Part shown: positions 28,725 through 38,617 of the stretch, piece after piece
Numbering within the stretch: the first letter of the stretch is position 1
Layout: each line of letters opens with the position of its first letter
Assembly (NCBI GenBank): GCA_034530875.2
Contig: JAVRCJ020000014.1
Coordinates: 128,001 to 192,000 of the forward strand
Source of the DNA: Nostoc sp. DedSLP01
GTDB lineage: Bacteria > Cyanobacteriota > Cyanobacteriia > Cyanobacteriales > Nostocaceae
Direction of reading: 5' to 3'
DNA: 64,000 nucleotides
Notes under the pieces: model-generated
What the model was told of the DNA's origin: nothing
Databases searched by the model: none
Seen by the model: only the letters and a program-made list of their open reading frames with translations
Position numbers and translations under genes: made by a program

Positions 28725-30707
28725 ATGACTTCAGTTTCTATTATTGATAATTCCGCAAATTTTTCTGGTAACAGTCGCTCGTTACTCAAGAAAAGAACGC
28801 TGTTATTTCGTTATTTAGCAGAAATTAATTTAATTTTTGGTATTTGGTATTTGCAATGGCGTATTACTCATTCGATTAATTTTGATGCCCTTTGGCTCTC
28901 TATCCCTTTGTTACTAGCTGAAATTTATAGCTATTTCGGTGGCGTCATGTTTGTAATTGGGTTGTGGCGGCCTTTAGTTAGACAAATTAAATCTCTCAAC
29001 CAGCTAACCCCACCGATACCTAAATCCGACTGGCCAACAGTAGATGTATTTATAACCTGTTATAACGAACCGCCAGAAATAGTAGAAGAAACAGCGAAAG
29101 CTGCTCTAGCAATGGATTATCCACCAACCAAGTTACGCGTTTATGTCTTGGATGATGGTAACTCCGCTGATATGCGAGGGATGACAGAAAGACTGTGCAT
29201 TGAGGATTTGCAGTCACCACAACTACAGCAGGAAGCAGAACGAATTGATGCAGAACGCTCTTATTTGTTCGAGCGTTTAAAACAACTGGAAAATCTCACA
29301 TCTAATACCAAAGCTGCCGAAGAATGGCTGCAAGCATCATCACAAACACAGGTAAAAGATATAAGTAGCCAATTTGTAGAAAGTCTGCGAGAGTTTATTC
29401 TTTGGTTACCTCCACAACACCAAAGTATAAAGGAACGCCTCACCACCGAACGCAAAGTCTTAGAAGAAGCTATTCGCAAAAAAGAGCTAGAACTAGTTGA
29501 TCTCAGTCGTTTTCGTTACATTGCTCGTCCCAAACCTGCTGGCGTACCGCACCACGCTAAAGCGGGTAATCTCAATTACGCAATATTTTCTGGAGAAACT
29601 TCCGGACAGTTTATTCTCACTCTAGATGCTGACCATATTCCCAAACCACAATTTATTCAGCGAGTTCTGCCTTATTTCTATACCTATAATATTTTCACGG
29701 GTAAATACGACCAAAATCAAATTGCTTTTGTGCAGACACCCCAAGATTTTTACAACATTCCAGCAGGCGATCCTTTTGGACATCGAGCGAATTTATTTTA
29801 TGGGCCGCTGCAACAAGGCAAAGATGGCATGAATGCCGCTTTTTATACAGGTACAAATGCACTTTTAAGGCGAGAAGCACTTATTAGTGTTGGGCTGCAA
29901 TATTTTGCTGATGAATTTGCCAAAGATGAAAAACGTTTAAATGAATTTCAATTAATTGGCGGTGTATCCAGCAACAGCATTACAGAAGATATGAATACAG
30001 CAATGCGTCTGCATGGTGCTGGATGGAAATCTATTTATCACCATGAATTGCTGGCAGAAGGTTTAGCACCAGATGACCTCAGTTCTACTCTTAAACAACG
30101 ACTACGCTGGGCGCAAGGAACAATTCAAGTACTACTGCGAGAAAATCCGTTAACCAAGCCAGGGCTAAGTTTTTGGCAAAGATTGCATTATTTTAAAACG
30201 ATGTATAGCTATTTTTCTGGTTTTGCAACTCTGATTTTTATTTCTTGTCCAATTATCTATTTTTTTACAGAAATTATTCCAGTTAAAACTTCTGGCCCTG
30301 ACTTTGCTTTACACTTTTTCCCAGCTTTTATTATCAACCGCCTGACTTTTCTCGCGGCGACCTGGGGCATTCCTGCTAGAGAACTTTGGCGGTCGGAACA
30401 ATATGCGATCGCTTTATTTCCCTTATTAATCCAAGCAGTATGGAGTGTATTCACCGGACAAAAACTTAATTTCCAAGTCACACCTAAACAGCGGCAATCT
30501 GGTATTTATATCCGGCTAGTCTGGCCGCAAGTTGTTGTTTTTATCTTGACCATTCTAGGAATATTATGGAGCCTTTATCAGTTTGCAATTGGCCGCCTCA
30601 ATTCTCCTGAAGTTCATCTAATGAATAGTGCATGGGCTATTTATAACTTATTACTTTTGTCGGCCATCATTCGTGCATCTGTTTGGCAGCCTCCAAAAGA
30701 GGTATAA
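28725..30707 (+). CDS. Cellulose-synthase-like processive GT2 with helical insertion, no PilZ domain
   Basis: DDG, HAKAGNLN, DADH, QTPQ.F, TED, QRLRW; 2 N-terminal and several C-terminal TMs; ends right after last TM. Confidence 0.9.
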   Translation: MTSVSIIDNSANFSGNSRSLLKKRTLLFRYLAEINLIFGIWYLQWRITHSINFDALWLSIPLLLAEIYSYFGGVMFVIGLWRPLVRQIKSLNQLTPPIPKSDWPTVDVFITCYNEPPEIVEETAKAALAMDYPPTKLRVYVLDDGNSADMRGMTERLCIEDLQSPQLQQEAERIDAERSYLFERLKQLENLTSNTKAAEEWLQASSQTQVKDISSQFVESLREFILWLPPQHQSIKERLTTERKVLEEAIRKKELELVDLSRFRYIARPKPAGVPHHAKAGNLNYAIFSGETSGQFILTLDADHIPKPQFIQRVLPYFYTYNIFTGKYDQNQIAFVQTPQDFYNIPAGDPFGHRANLFYGPLQQGKDGMNAAFYTGTNALLRREALISVGLQYFADEFAKDEKRLNEFQLIGGVSSNSITEDMNTAMRLHGAGWKSIYHHELLAEGLAPDDLSSTLKQRLRWAQGTIQVLLRENPLTKPGLSFWQRLHYFKTMYSYFSGFATLIFISCPIIYFFTEIIPVKTSGPDFALHFFPAFIINRLTFLAATWGIPARELWRSEQYAIALFPLLIQAVWSVFTGQKLNFQVTPKQRQSGIYIRLVWPQVVVFILTILGILWSLYQFAIGRLNSPEVHLMNSAWAIYNLLLLSAIIRASVWQPPKEV

Positions 30708-30787
30708 TACCAATTCAAAATTAAGAAATCTATATTTTACAAGGGTTTCTGGATTTGGATCTGTTTCAAAATTTTAGTGAATTGGTA
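30708..30787. mobile_element. 80-bp MITE (TACCAATTC TIR family) flanked by TAA direct repeats
   Basis: TAA|TACCAATTC ... GAATTGGTA|TAA; related copies at 45577, 62797 and a partial one at about 22085-22158. Confidence 0.7.
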
Positions 30788-30893
30788 TAAGGCGATGAGG
30801 GAGATGGAAAGATAAGGGGACAAGGTGAATAACTTCCCACTCAACACTCCCAATGCCCAAGAAAAAATCATCTAATCCATACAGAAAACAGCC

Positions 30894-31589
30894 ATGAATA
30901 CTCACTTTAGTCAACGAACTGTGTTAACAATTTATGCTCATGCTGATGATGAAGTTTTACCTACTGCTGGTACTCTCAGTCTGATGTCGAAAGCAGGGTG
31001 GAATGTTCGTTGCTTAATTTTGACTGATGGTACTCTTTCTAGTTCGTCTATTAAGGGTACACGTCACCAAGAAGCAGATGCGGCTGGTAAAATTATCGGT
31101 GCAAGTTACGAATTTCAGGCGCTAGAAGAGTGTAATTTTTCAACACAAACAGTGATTAAAGTTACTGAAGAAGCTATTGGGCGTTGGCATCCAGATTTGA
31201 TTATTACTCACGCACCACAACCTGAAAAATATGGACATAGAGACCATGAAGTATGTAGTATTGCAGTTTCTAATGTTGCTATCCGCAAAAATATACCTTT
31301 GTGGTATTCAGCACCGCCTGTTTTTCTGCGTGGTTTTGAACCCAACTTTTTTGTAGATATCACTTCTGTAATTGAGGAAAAAATTGCAGCTATTGGTTGT
31401 TATGAATCAGAAGCAAATAAAACATTTATGCAACTCGATGCTATACTTATCTTATCTCGTTTTTGGGCACGAGAATTAGGTCAAAAAAATGGATATTTTG
31501 AAGCTTTTGAAATTTCTCGTCAATGGGTTGATGCTAGCTTCTTTACTGCAATAGCAAATTCTCATAACAAACTAAATACAAATTATTAA
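30894..31589 (+). CDS. PIG-L/LmbE family deacetylase
   Basis: AHADDE and GHRDH metal motifs, FFVDIT...EKIAAI..Y.SE. Confidence 0.9.
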   Translation: MNTHFSQRTVLTIYAHADDEVLPTAGTLSLMSKAGWNVRCLILTDGTLSSSSIKGTRHQEADAAGKIIGASYEFQALEECNFSTQTVIKVTEEAIGRWHPDLIITHAPQPEKYGHRDHEVCSIAVSNVAIRKNIPLWYSAPPVFLRGFEPNFFVDITSVIEEKIAAIGCYESEANKTFMQLDAILILSRFWARELGQKNGYFEAFEISRQWVDASFFTAIANSHNKLNTNY

Positions 31590-31684
31590 AATCAAAAATT
31601 TTTTTCTAACTCTTGCCGTTTACATTAAGGTAATGCCAAAATAATACTATATATTCTTTGAACAAATAGCAGAAGATTAAAACT

Positions 31685-32014
31685 ATGAGCTCGAACGTAA
31701 AAGTATTAGAATTATCTGGAATTTTAGATGGTATTAGAGGTAATGAATTGCGTAGAGAAGTTAGCAGCATTGTAGAAAATGGAGCTAATATTTTATTATT
31801 GGATCTTAAAGAAGTAAAGTTTATTGATAGTTCTGGTTTAGGTGCTTTAGTATCAGCAATGCAAATCGTGCGGAATGCTAATGGTAGACTTTGTGTTTGT
31901 TCTATTAACGATCAAGTCAGAATGTTGTTTGAACTGACTAAAATGGATAGAATTTTTCAAACCTTTGCTGACCAAGATGAATTTAATCGTCAATTACTAA
32001 CAATACAAAATTGA
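31685..32014 (+). CDS. STAS-domain anti-sigma factor antagonist
   Basis: LLDLKEVKFIDSSGLGALV (phospho-Ser motif). Confidence 0.93.
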   Translation: MSSNVKVLELSGILDGIRGNELRREVSSIVENGANILLLDLKEVKFIDSSGLGALVSAMQIVRNANGRLCVCSINDQVRMLFELTKMDRIFQTFADQDEFNRQLLTIQN

Positions 32015-32037
32015 AATCTAGCAATGTGCGAAATATA

Positions 32038-33228
32038 CTAGTCAAAGTTAACTTTTACTAAAGAGAAGTCATCGTCAAGATTATCTTGAGCATTCAAACT
32101 GAAAATATTCGCTAATATTTGATTAAGATTGCAGATATCTTTTCGGCTATATTTTGTTAATAAATAAATGAAATTATCTAGCCCTAAAATCGTACCATCG
32201 GGCTGATTAATTTCATAAGCGCCATCACTAAAGATATATAGCATACTATTTTCCTTAACATCAACAATAGCGTCTTCAAATTCGACCTCAGGTAAAAAGC
32301 CAATTGGTAAATCTAAAGAAGTTAGCTGCTGAACTTGGATATTTGTTGTAGAGTTATGAGATACAAGTAAAGCTGGTGGATGTCCAGCGTTGGCATAAGT
32401 TAGTTGACGTTTGTGACGGTGATAAACTCCATACCAAATTGTGAAGTATTTATCACCGTGCTTCTTCATTTGAAAAGCTTGATTAAGACCTTTTAAGACT
32501 TCACTAGGTTGACAAAAGTTTGTGTTTGGTAGAGATTGCGATCGCAAAACATTAAGTACCGATACAGATAAGAGTGCTGAACCTACCCCATGTCCCGATA
32601 CATCCAACAAATAAATTGCCAAGCAGTCATCATCGATCCAATTATGTCCAAAGCAATCACCGCCTAGCTGTGCTGAAGGAATAAACAAATGTTCTGTAGT
32701 TACTGTTCCGATAAGGGGTGAGGGTAAAAGCGATCGTACATAATCAGCAGCTTCAGCCAATTCTGCTTCTAAAATTTGCTTTTGGGTTTGTAAATCGTGA
32801 TTGAGTGTTTCCAAAGCTTGCTTTTTACTTTGTAAATCCTGATTCAGTTGGTATAATCTTAATCCGGCTCTAACTCTTGCTTTCAATTCATTCATCTCTA
32901 TTGGTTTAGAGATAAAATCGTCTGCTCCAGCATCAAGTCCCCTAACTCTATCGTCTTCCTCTCCTCGAGCTGCTCCTCTAGCAGTCAATAGAATAAAAAA
33001 TGTAGTTGCCAACTCTGGATATGACCTAATTCGCCGACACACTTCTAGTCCATCGACCTCCGACATCATCCAATCACAGATAATCAAAGCAGGACGTAGC
33101 AATTGTGCTTGTGTAATTCCTTCTTCACCATTACTGGCTAGGGTAATATCATAACCCTGTTTTTTGAATGTGCTTTTTAGTACTGCCCGGACTGTAGGAT
33201 CGTCATCAATAACTAGAATTTTAAACAT
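32038..33228 (-). CDS. REC + PP2C/SpoIIE phosphatase (RsbU/RsbP-like)
   Basis: REC (IDDD, CDWMM, SKP), coiled coil, LGGDCF, DVSGHG, FSDG, DDFS. Confidence 0.92.
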   Translation of the reverse strand: MFKILVIDDDPTVRAVLKSTFKKQGYDITLASNGEEGITQAQLLRPALIICDWMMSEVDGLEVCRRIRSYPELATTFFILLTARGAARGEEDDRVRGLDAGADDFISKPIEMNELKARVRAGLRLYQLNQDLQSKKQALETLNHDLQTQKQILEAELAEAADYVRSLLPSPLIGTVTTEHLFIPSAQLGGDCFGHNWIDDDCLAIYLLDVSGHGVGSALLSVSVLNVLRSQSLPNTNFCQPSEVLKGLNQAFQMKKHGDKYFTIWYGVYHRHKRQLTYANAGHPPALLVSHNSTTNIQVQQLTSLDLPIGFLPEVEFEDAIVDVKENSMLYIFSDGAYEINQPDGTILGLDNFIYLLTKYSRKDICNLNQILANIFSLNAQDNLDDDFSLVKVNFD

Positions 33229-33378
33229 AAATTATACTTTTATAATTACAACGGCAAATAAGTAGCCGATGTAATTTAAGTTATATGAAAACTAGCTTGT
33301 AATGTATAGTGAAAATACTCAAATTAAATAAACTGATTCGCGAATATGATGATTTTAAAATATTTTATTAGCTAAGAA

Positions 33379-33795
33379 GTGAATCAAAAAATTTATCTCA
33401 AAGTCAATACAGATCTGACAGCTTCGCCTGAAGTCTTATCTTGGTTCGAGCAAATCAATCAACCAAGTATTCCCGACCAACAAATTTGGTGGCAATGTCA
33501 AACACTTCTGATTGAAGGCTTTACTAACATTGTTGAACATGCCCACAAAAATTTACCAATTGAAACTCCCATTGAAATTGAAGCTGTGCGTTTCAATAAA
33601 AATATAGAAATTCGCATTTGGTCTCAAGGCAAGTACTTTGATTTAGAAGAGCAATTGCGACAAATATCCGAATTTGAAGATAACGACCAAGAGCGCGGAC
33701 GTGGTTTAAAAATCATGTCTATCATTGCTGATAAATTAAGTTATGAGCGTACAGTAGATAACCGTTACTGTTTATTCATTAGTAAATTTTATTAA
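33379..33795 (+). CDS. RsbW/SpoIIAB-like anti-sigma factor / Ser kinase (HATPase_c_2)
   Basis: EGFTNIVEHA, ERGRGLKIM; GTG start. Confidence 0.85.
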   Translation: MNQKIYLKVNTDLTASPEVLSWFEQINQPSIPDQQIWWQCQTLLIEGFTNIVEHAHKNLPIETPIEIEAVRFNKNIEIRIWSQGKYFDLEEQLRQISEFEDNDQERGRGLKIMSIIADKLSYERTVDNRYCLFISKFY

Positions 33796-33990
33796 TTATT
33801 AATGTCGGTAGAATAAATATTTTACAAATTTTTTCGCTAATTCTCCACTTTTATATAGGGCTAATTTTTGTAAATTTATATAACTGGAAAAAGTTAGTGT
33901 TCTAATATCTATTTATTCATAAATGATTATCAATTTAATTCGTAGGCTATTAATTGAATTTTCAAAAGGCAAACTACTTAATAACAGACC

Positions 33991-34225
33991 ATTTATAAAG
34001 TAAATCTTAAGTAAGGGAGCCACTGCACCCTTGCGGGTTTCCTGCGTGGAGTGCAAGTGGCGTCGAAAGGATTTGAGACTTAGAGACAATGAAATTTAGC
34101 CGCAGGACACCGCCGCATCGATGGTGCGTTAGGCGCTAGGATAGTTATTTCGTGAGAAATCATATTGGCAATCAGCGCCTAACACACCCTACAGTAATTT
34201 ATTTTTACTTTATAAATAACCTCTA
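33991..34225. mobile_element. MITE with 14-bp perfect TIR carrying two nested palindromes; right end overlaps dcd stop
   Basis: ATTTATAAAGTAAA (33991) / TTTACTTTATAAAT (34204-34217); inner GCCACT..AGTGGC (34019-34061) and GGTGCGTTAGGCGCT..AGCGCCTAACACACC (34123-34188); lone end of same family at about 60735. Confidence 0.65.
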
Positions 34226-34900
34226 AACACGAGCTAGAGTAACAATTTCTAACTGATCCTGATACTTACCTTGTCTTGCTTCGTAACTAATAGCACACGG
34301 TTCGCCTTCTAAAAATAGCAACTGAACTACGCCTTCGTTAGCGTAAATGCGACAGTCGGCGCTAGAAGAATTAGAAAATTCTAACGTCAAATGACCCCGC
34401 CATGCAGCTTCAGCAGGTGTTAAGTTAGCTATTATACCACACCTTGCGTAAGTAGATTTACCTATGCAAATTACTGTAATATTATTTGGAACCTCTAATT
34501 TTTCTAAAGCAACCCCTAGACCATAGGAGTGAGCAGGCAAAATAAAGTAACTGCCATTAATATCTGTGTGCAGTGGCGTTGGCTCTAAATTTTGGGAATT
34601 AAAGTTTTTGGGATCGACTACAGTTCCGGGAATGTGGCGAAAAATGCGAAACTCAGCGGGCGAAAGGCGTATATCGTAGCCATAAGAAGATAAACCGTAG
34701 CTAATTACAGGCACAAATGCTACAGGCTCATCTGTTTTAGAAAGTTCTGATGCTTGCGACAAACTTACCTCCGGCAGTTTAAGGCCGGAAACGCGACTTA
34801 GACTTTCAGCTTTTTGTAATTTTCGGATTAAACTTGGCTCAAAGGGTGAAATCATGCCTTTTTGAGCCATTTCAGTAATCCAGATATCGTTTTTAATCAC
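34223..34900 (-). CDS. dcd: dCTP deaminase (with in-frame insertion near N-terminus)
   Basis: ISYGLSSYGYDIRL, GKSTYARCG, TPAEAAWRGHLTLEFSN, GKYQ. Confidence 0.96.
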   Translation of the reverse strand: MIKNDIWITEMAQKGMISPFEPSLIRKLQKAESLSRVSGLKLPEVSLSQASELSKTDEPVAFVPVISYGLSSYGYDIRLSPAEFRIFRHIPGTVVDPKNFNSQNLEPTPLHTDINGSYFILPAHSYGLGVALEKLEVPNNITVICIGKSTYARCGIIANLTPAEAAWRGHLTLEFSNSSSADCRIYANEGVVQLLFLEGEPCAISYEARQGKYQDQLEIVTLARV

Positions 34901-34956
34901 AACTTCACAGCTAATTTAAACAGAATTACTAGGATATCCTGAAGTGAAGATTTTGT

Positions 34957-35493
34957 TTAGGGTCGATGACTGCGACGAATTTCTGTAATTTGATCTGCGA
35001 CATCCAATAGAGATTTTGGCATCTCAGGCCCTGTGAGAATGATGTCAACATGGGAAGGGCGTTTTGCCAGAAATGCTAAAACTTCTGTTTCCGCAATTAA
35101 ACCGAGGTTGATCGCTAAACTTAACTCATCTAAAACAACGAGAGAATACTTACTCTCATATACCACGTGTTGTGTATACTGCCATAGCTTTTGTAAAGCT
35201 TGATTTTCCGTATCGTCAAGATGCGGTGTATCAATACAACGAGGTAAATCACACCGAATCCAATCTAAATTTTGTCCTAGTTGTATGGGTCGTTCTTGCC
35301 CCTGACGAATACCTCCTTTAAGGAACTGTACTATCAACACTGATGTTCCTTGTCCGGCAATTCTCAGCGCTTGAGCCATCACACTCGTAAAAAAGTTTCT
35401 GTGGGAGCTAGTAAAAACTTGCACTAGTCCTTCTATTGGATATGGTAAAGCAGGGGCTGAATTTATACTTTGTGTTTCTAGCTGGGCAACCAT
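34957..35493 (-). CDS. Cob(I)alamin adenosyltransferase (CobO/BtuR)-like P-loop protein
   Basis: GLVQVFT, IVQFLKGG, LVVLDEL, ILTG, VADQITEIR; degenerate P-loop. Confidence 0.8.
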   Translation of the reverse strand: MVAQLETQSINSAPALPYPIEGLVQVFTSSHRNFFTSVMAQALRIAGQGTSVLIVQFLKGGIRQGQERPIQLGQNLDWIRCDLPRCIDTPHLDDTENQALQKLWQYTQHVVYESKYSLVVLDELSLAINLGLIAETEVLAFLAKRPSHVDIILTGPEMPKSLLDVADQITEIRRSHRP

Positions 35494-35836
35494 ACTTAAA
35501 GTTATAATCTATACGATAAATTACAGAGTTACACTAGGGTCATTTATTAGGAATCTGCCTGTATAATCAATCTGTTTTTCACAGGTGTAGTCTATCTGGC
35601 AAATTGCATTCCTAGTCAAACACTACCTTTGTCCTGAAGTCAAGAGTTATTTTTATTTGAATTTTCGTCCTTTCTCGGTAAATAGCCGTAAAAATGATAA
35701 CAAATAAGTTGCAATTGCAATCACTGAAAAAAGCTAGAAGTAGCGCCTGAATGTATCTAAATATTAGATTTTTTCGTTGTTTGAACAAAACAAATTTATA
35801 AAGTAGTGAATTTTACAGGATGAGGAGTCTATTTTT

Positions 35837-36457
35837 GTGAGATTAGTGATTCTGGGAGGTTCAGGATCGGGTAAAAGTACTCAAGCACAAAGGCTTTGTA
35901 GATATTTTGATATTCCTCTGATTTCTACAGGTGAAATTTTACGAGAAGCGATATCTGGTAACAAGCCGCTAGCGAACTTCCAATGGCCGCAAGGCGATCG
36001 CCATTATCTTTCTGTTTATACTAGCTTGAGCGAATTAGGCTACCACGTAAAGCCATACGTAGAAAAAGGGGAATTAGTCCCAGACGAAACCATCGTTGAA
36101 TTAATTAAAGTTCGTCTCAGACAATCAGATATTAACTCTGATTGGGTGTTGGAAGGTTATCCGCGCACTGCCTATCAAGCTGAAGAATTAGATTTTTTAT
36201 TGGATGATTTAGGGCAAAAACTAGATTGGGCAATTTATCTACAAGTTCCAGAAGCAGTGATGGTTAGCCGATCCTTGGGGCGATCGCTACCAGACGATCA
36301 ACCGGAAATCGTACAGCGCCGTGTAGAATTATTCTACGATCGCACCATCCCGATCTTGGAATATTACGACCGTCGTCGCCGCCTACTGACCATCAACGGC
36401 GACCAGTCCCCAGAGATGGTGCTGCAAAATATTTTGACTCTGCTTGCAGTTCCTTAG
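35837..36457 (+). CDS. Adenylate kinase family protein (with in-frame insertion in NMP-binding region)
   Basis: GGSGSGKSTQA, ISTGEILR, GELVPD, EGYPR, DD..EIV..R. Confidence 0.9.
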   Translation: MRLVILGGSGSGKSTQAQRLCRYFDIPLISTGEILREAISGNKPLANFQWPQGDRHYLSVYTSLSELGYHVKPYVEKGELVPDETIVELIKVRLRQSDINSDWVLEGYPRTAYQAEELDFLLDDLGQKLDWAIYLQVPEAVMVSRSLGRSLPDDQPEIVQRRVELFYDRTIPILEYYDRRRRLLTINGDQSPEMVLQNILTLLAVP

Positions 36458-36473
36458 CGTTACCCGAAATCCT

Positions 36474-36504
36474 TGTAGAGACCTAGCACTGCTACGTCTC
36501 TACA
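36474..36504. repeat. GTAG-type REP-like palindrome
   Basis: TGTAGAGACCTAGCACTGCTACGTCTCTACA. Confidence 0.7.
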
Positions 36505-36603
36505 TTGTTTGTCGCCAGATGCCCAATTCCCCATTTCAGATGATTTACAACACTGAGGTAACCTTAAGGCAGTATTCCATTTAAAAATCTTGAGGCAACT
36601 CTA

Positions 36604-37350
36604 ATGGCTTGGCAGCGTCCAGACGGTCGTCTTCCCAACGAACTACGTTCCTTCAGCTTTTACCCCAGTTTCACCCGCTTTGCTCCTGGTTCTGTTCTGG
36701 CAAAATGCGGCGATACTCAGGTACTTTGTACCGTTAGCGTAACTAAGGGAGTTCCCAGGTTTCTGGAAGGAAAAGGTAAAGGCTGGTTAACTGCTGAGTA
36801 CCGAATGCTACCATCTGCGACGCAGCAACGGCAAGAAAGAGAACTGCTGAAATTATCTGGACGGACGCAAGAAATTCAACGTTTAATCGGACGTAGCTTA
36901 CGCGCTGCAATTAATTTTGAAGCACTAGGAGAACATACGCTGACAGTAGATGCTGATGTCCTGCAAGCTGATGCTGGAACTAGAACCACGGCTATTACTG
37001 GTTCTTTTGTCGCCTTGGCTCATGCCATTTCTAAATTATTACAGCAGGGTATATTGGAGCGATCGCCCCTGTGCGGACAGGTAGCAGCTGTTTCCGTAGG
37101 ATTACTAGAGAAAGAGGCATTTTTGGATTTAAATTATATCGAAGATGTGGCTGCAACAGTAGACTTTAATGTGGTGATGAATCACCATCTGGAAATCATC
37201 GAAGTCCAGGGAACGGCCGAAGAAGGTAGCTTTAGCCGCAGTCAGTTGAATCAATTGCTAGATGTCGCCGAAAAAGGTATTGAACAATTATTAATCGCTC
37301 AACGCGAAGCGATCGCTGATTGGGAAGAAATAATTATCAGTGGTTATTAA
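36604..37350 (+). CDS. rph: Ribonuclease PH
   Basis: [51 protein letters not shown]. Confidence 0.97.
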   Translation: MAWQRPDGRLPNELRSFSFYPSFTRFAPGSVLAKCGDTQVLCTVSVTKGVPRFLEGKGKGWLTAEYRMLPSATQQRQERELLKLSGRTQEIQRLIGRSLRAAINFEALGEHTLTVDADVLQADAGTRTTAITGSFVALAHAISKLLQQGILERSPLCGQVAAVSVGLLEKEAFLDLNYIEDVAATVDFNVVMNHHLEIIEVQGTAEEGSFSRSQLNQLLDVAEKGIEQLLIAQREAIADWEEIIISGY

Positions 37351-37405
37351 TACATTGTTTTACTTACTCGGAGCTAGCCAAAATCAAGCAATTAATTATT
37401 TTTAT

Positions 37406-37434
37406 GGAAATTTATTAAAAATTAATAAATTTCC
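37406..37434. terminator. AT-rich hairpin after rph
   Basis: GGAAATTTATTAA / TTAATAAATTTCC 13-bp stem. Confidence 0.5.
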
Positions 37435-37664
37435 CCCTTTGGCATCAATCAAGAAAGTATGAAATAGCTGGGTGTAAATAAAACTAATGATGATAGTAGT
37501 TAGTACGACTGACTACTGACAATTTGCTTATGGAGGTGATAAGGTGCGTCTACGTTTATGCAAGCTAGCTAATCTACGATGTTAAATGTTTCAAAAGTTA
37601 AAAAGGGGGGTTGTAAGAAGTTAGGTATTGTATTGCTGGAAGCCAGCAATATGATGATGAAGCT

Positions 37665-38387
37665 ATGAACAAAACGGTTGAAGTTCTACCGGATCGGTCG
37701 GCGCTGGTTGCGAGAGCGCTAAAATTAATTCTGTCCAAGCTAGAAACTGCCATTGAGCAGCGGGGGCAATTTACCATCGCTTTATCAGGCGGCAGTACAC
37801 CTAAGCCGTTATACGAAGCGATCGCTAATCAAAAATTGCCTTGGGATAAAATTCATGTATTCTGGGGGGATGAACGTTATGTACCACCGGATCATCCCGA
37901 TAGCAATGAATTGATGACGCGCCGTGCATGGCTAAATCATGTTGATATCCCAGCTGCCAACATTCATCCCGTACCGACTTTGGAAGCCGATCCAGCCCAG
38001 GCTGCTGCTAAGTACGAACAGCATCTTAAAGAATTTTTCAATTCTTCTGGAGCCGAGTTTCCCGCATTCGATGCGATATTGCTAGGGATGGGCGATGATG
38101 CACATACCGCATCTTTGTTTCCTCACACAGAGGCTCTCAAAGTACGCGATCGCTTAGTTACTGTGGGTAATAAAGACGCAAGTCTACGGATAAGTTTCAC
38201 ATACCCCTTCATCAACTCTGCTCGCAGCGTGATTTTTCTAGTTGCTGGTGCTAACAAAAGACCAGCTTTGGCGCAAGTCTTTGCACCTGTAGCAGATGAC
38301 TTCACTTATCCATCCCGTTTAATTAAGCCCCAAGGAGAACTTTGGTGGCTGCTAGATGCAGCAGCAGGTTCGGAACTCCAGCGCTAG
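37665..38387 (+). CDS. pgl: 6-phosphogluconolactonase
   Basis: ALSGGSTP, FWGDERYVP, LGMGDDAHTASLFP. Confidence 0.96.
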   Translation: MNKTVEVLPDRSALVARALKLILSKLETAIEQRGQFTIALSGGSTPKPLYEAIANQKLPWDKIHVFWGDERYVPPDHPDSNELMTRRAWLNHVDIPAANIHPVPTLEADPAQAAAKYEQHLKEFFNSSGAEFPAFDAILLGMGDDAHTASLFPHTEALKVRDRLVTVGNKDASLRISFTYPFINSARSVIFLVAGANKRPALAQVFAPVADDFTYPSRLIKPQGELWWLLDAAAGSELQR

Positions 38388-38416
38388 CAATAGAAGAGGC
38401 AGCATTGGCCGAACAG

Positions 38417-38523
38417 GGCATGGGGAGGTGTGGGAGGTGTGGGAGGATGGGAAAAAATCTTTCCCCCCTCTCTCCCCACACTCCCCACACTCCCCTGCCT
38501 CCCCTGCCCCCTACCCATCCCCT
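38417..38523. repeat. Inverted blocks of 9-mer tandem repeats (GGGAGGTGT / CTCCCCACA)
   Basis: Direct reading; similar block at 49165-49250. Confidence 0.7.
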
Positions 38524-38617
38524 CAAAGCTAATTGTTAGAATCTAAAGCTAAGGCCGCCCCTGGAGCTTGCCAGTCCCATCTCATTTTATGATGCTCTTG
38601 AACAAAGGCTAAAATCG

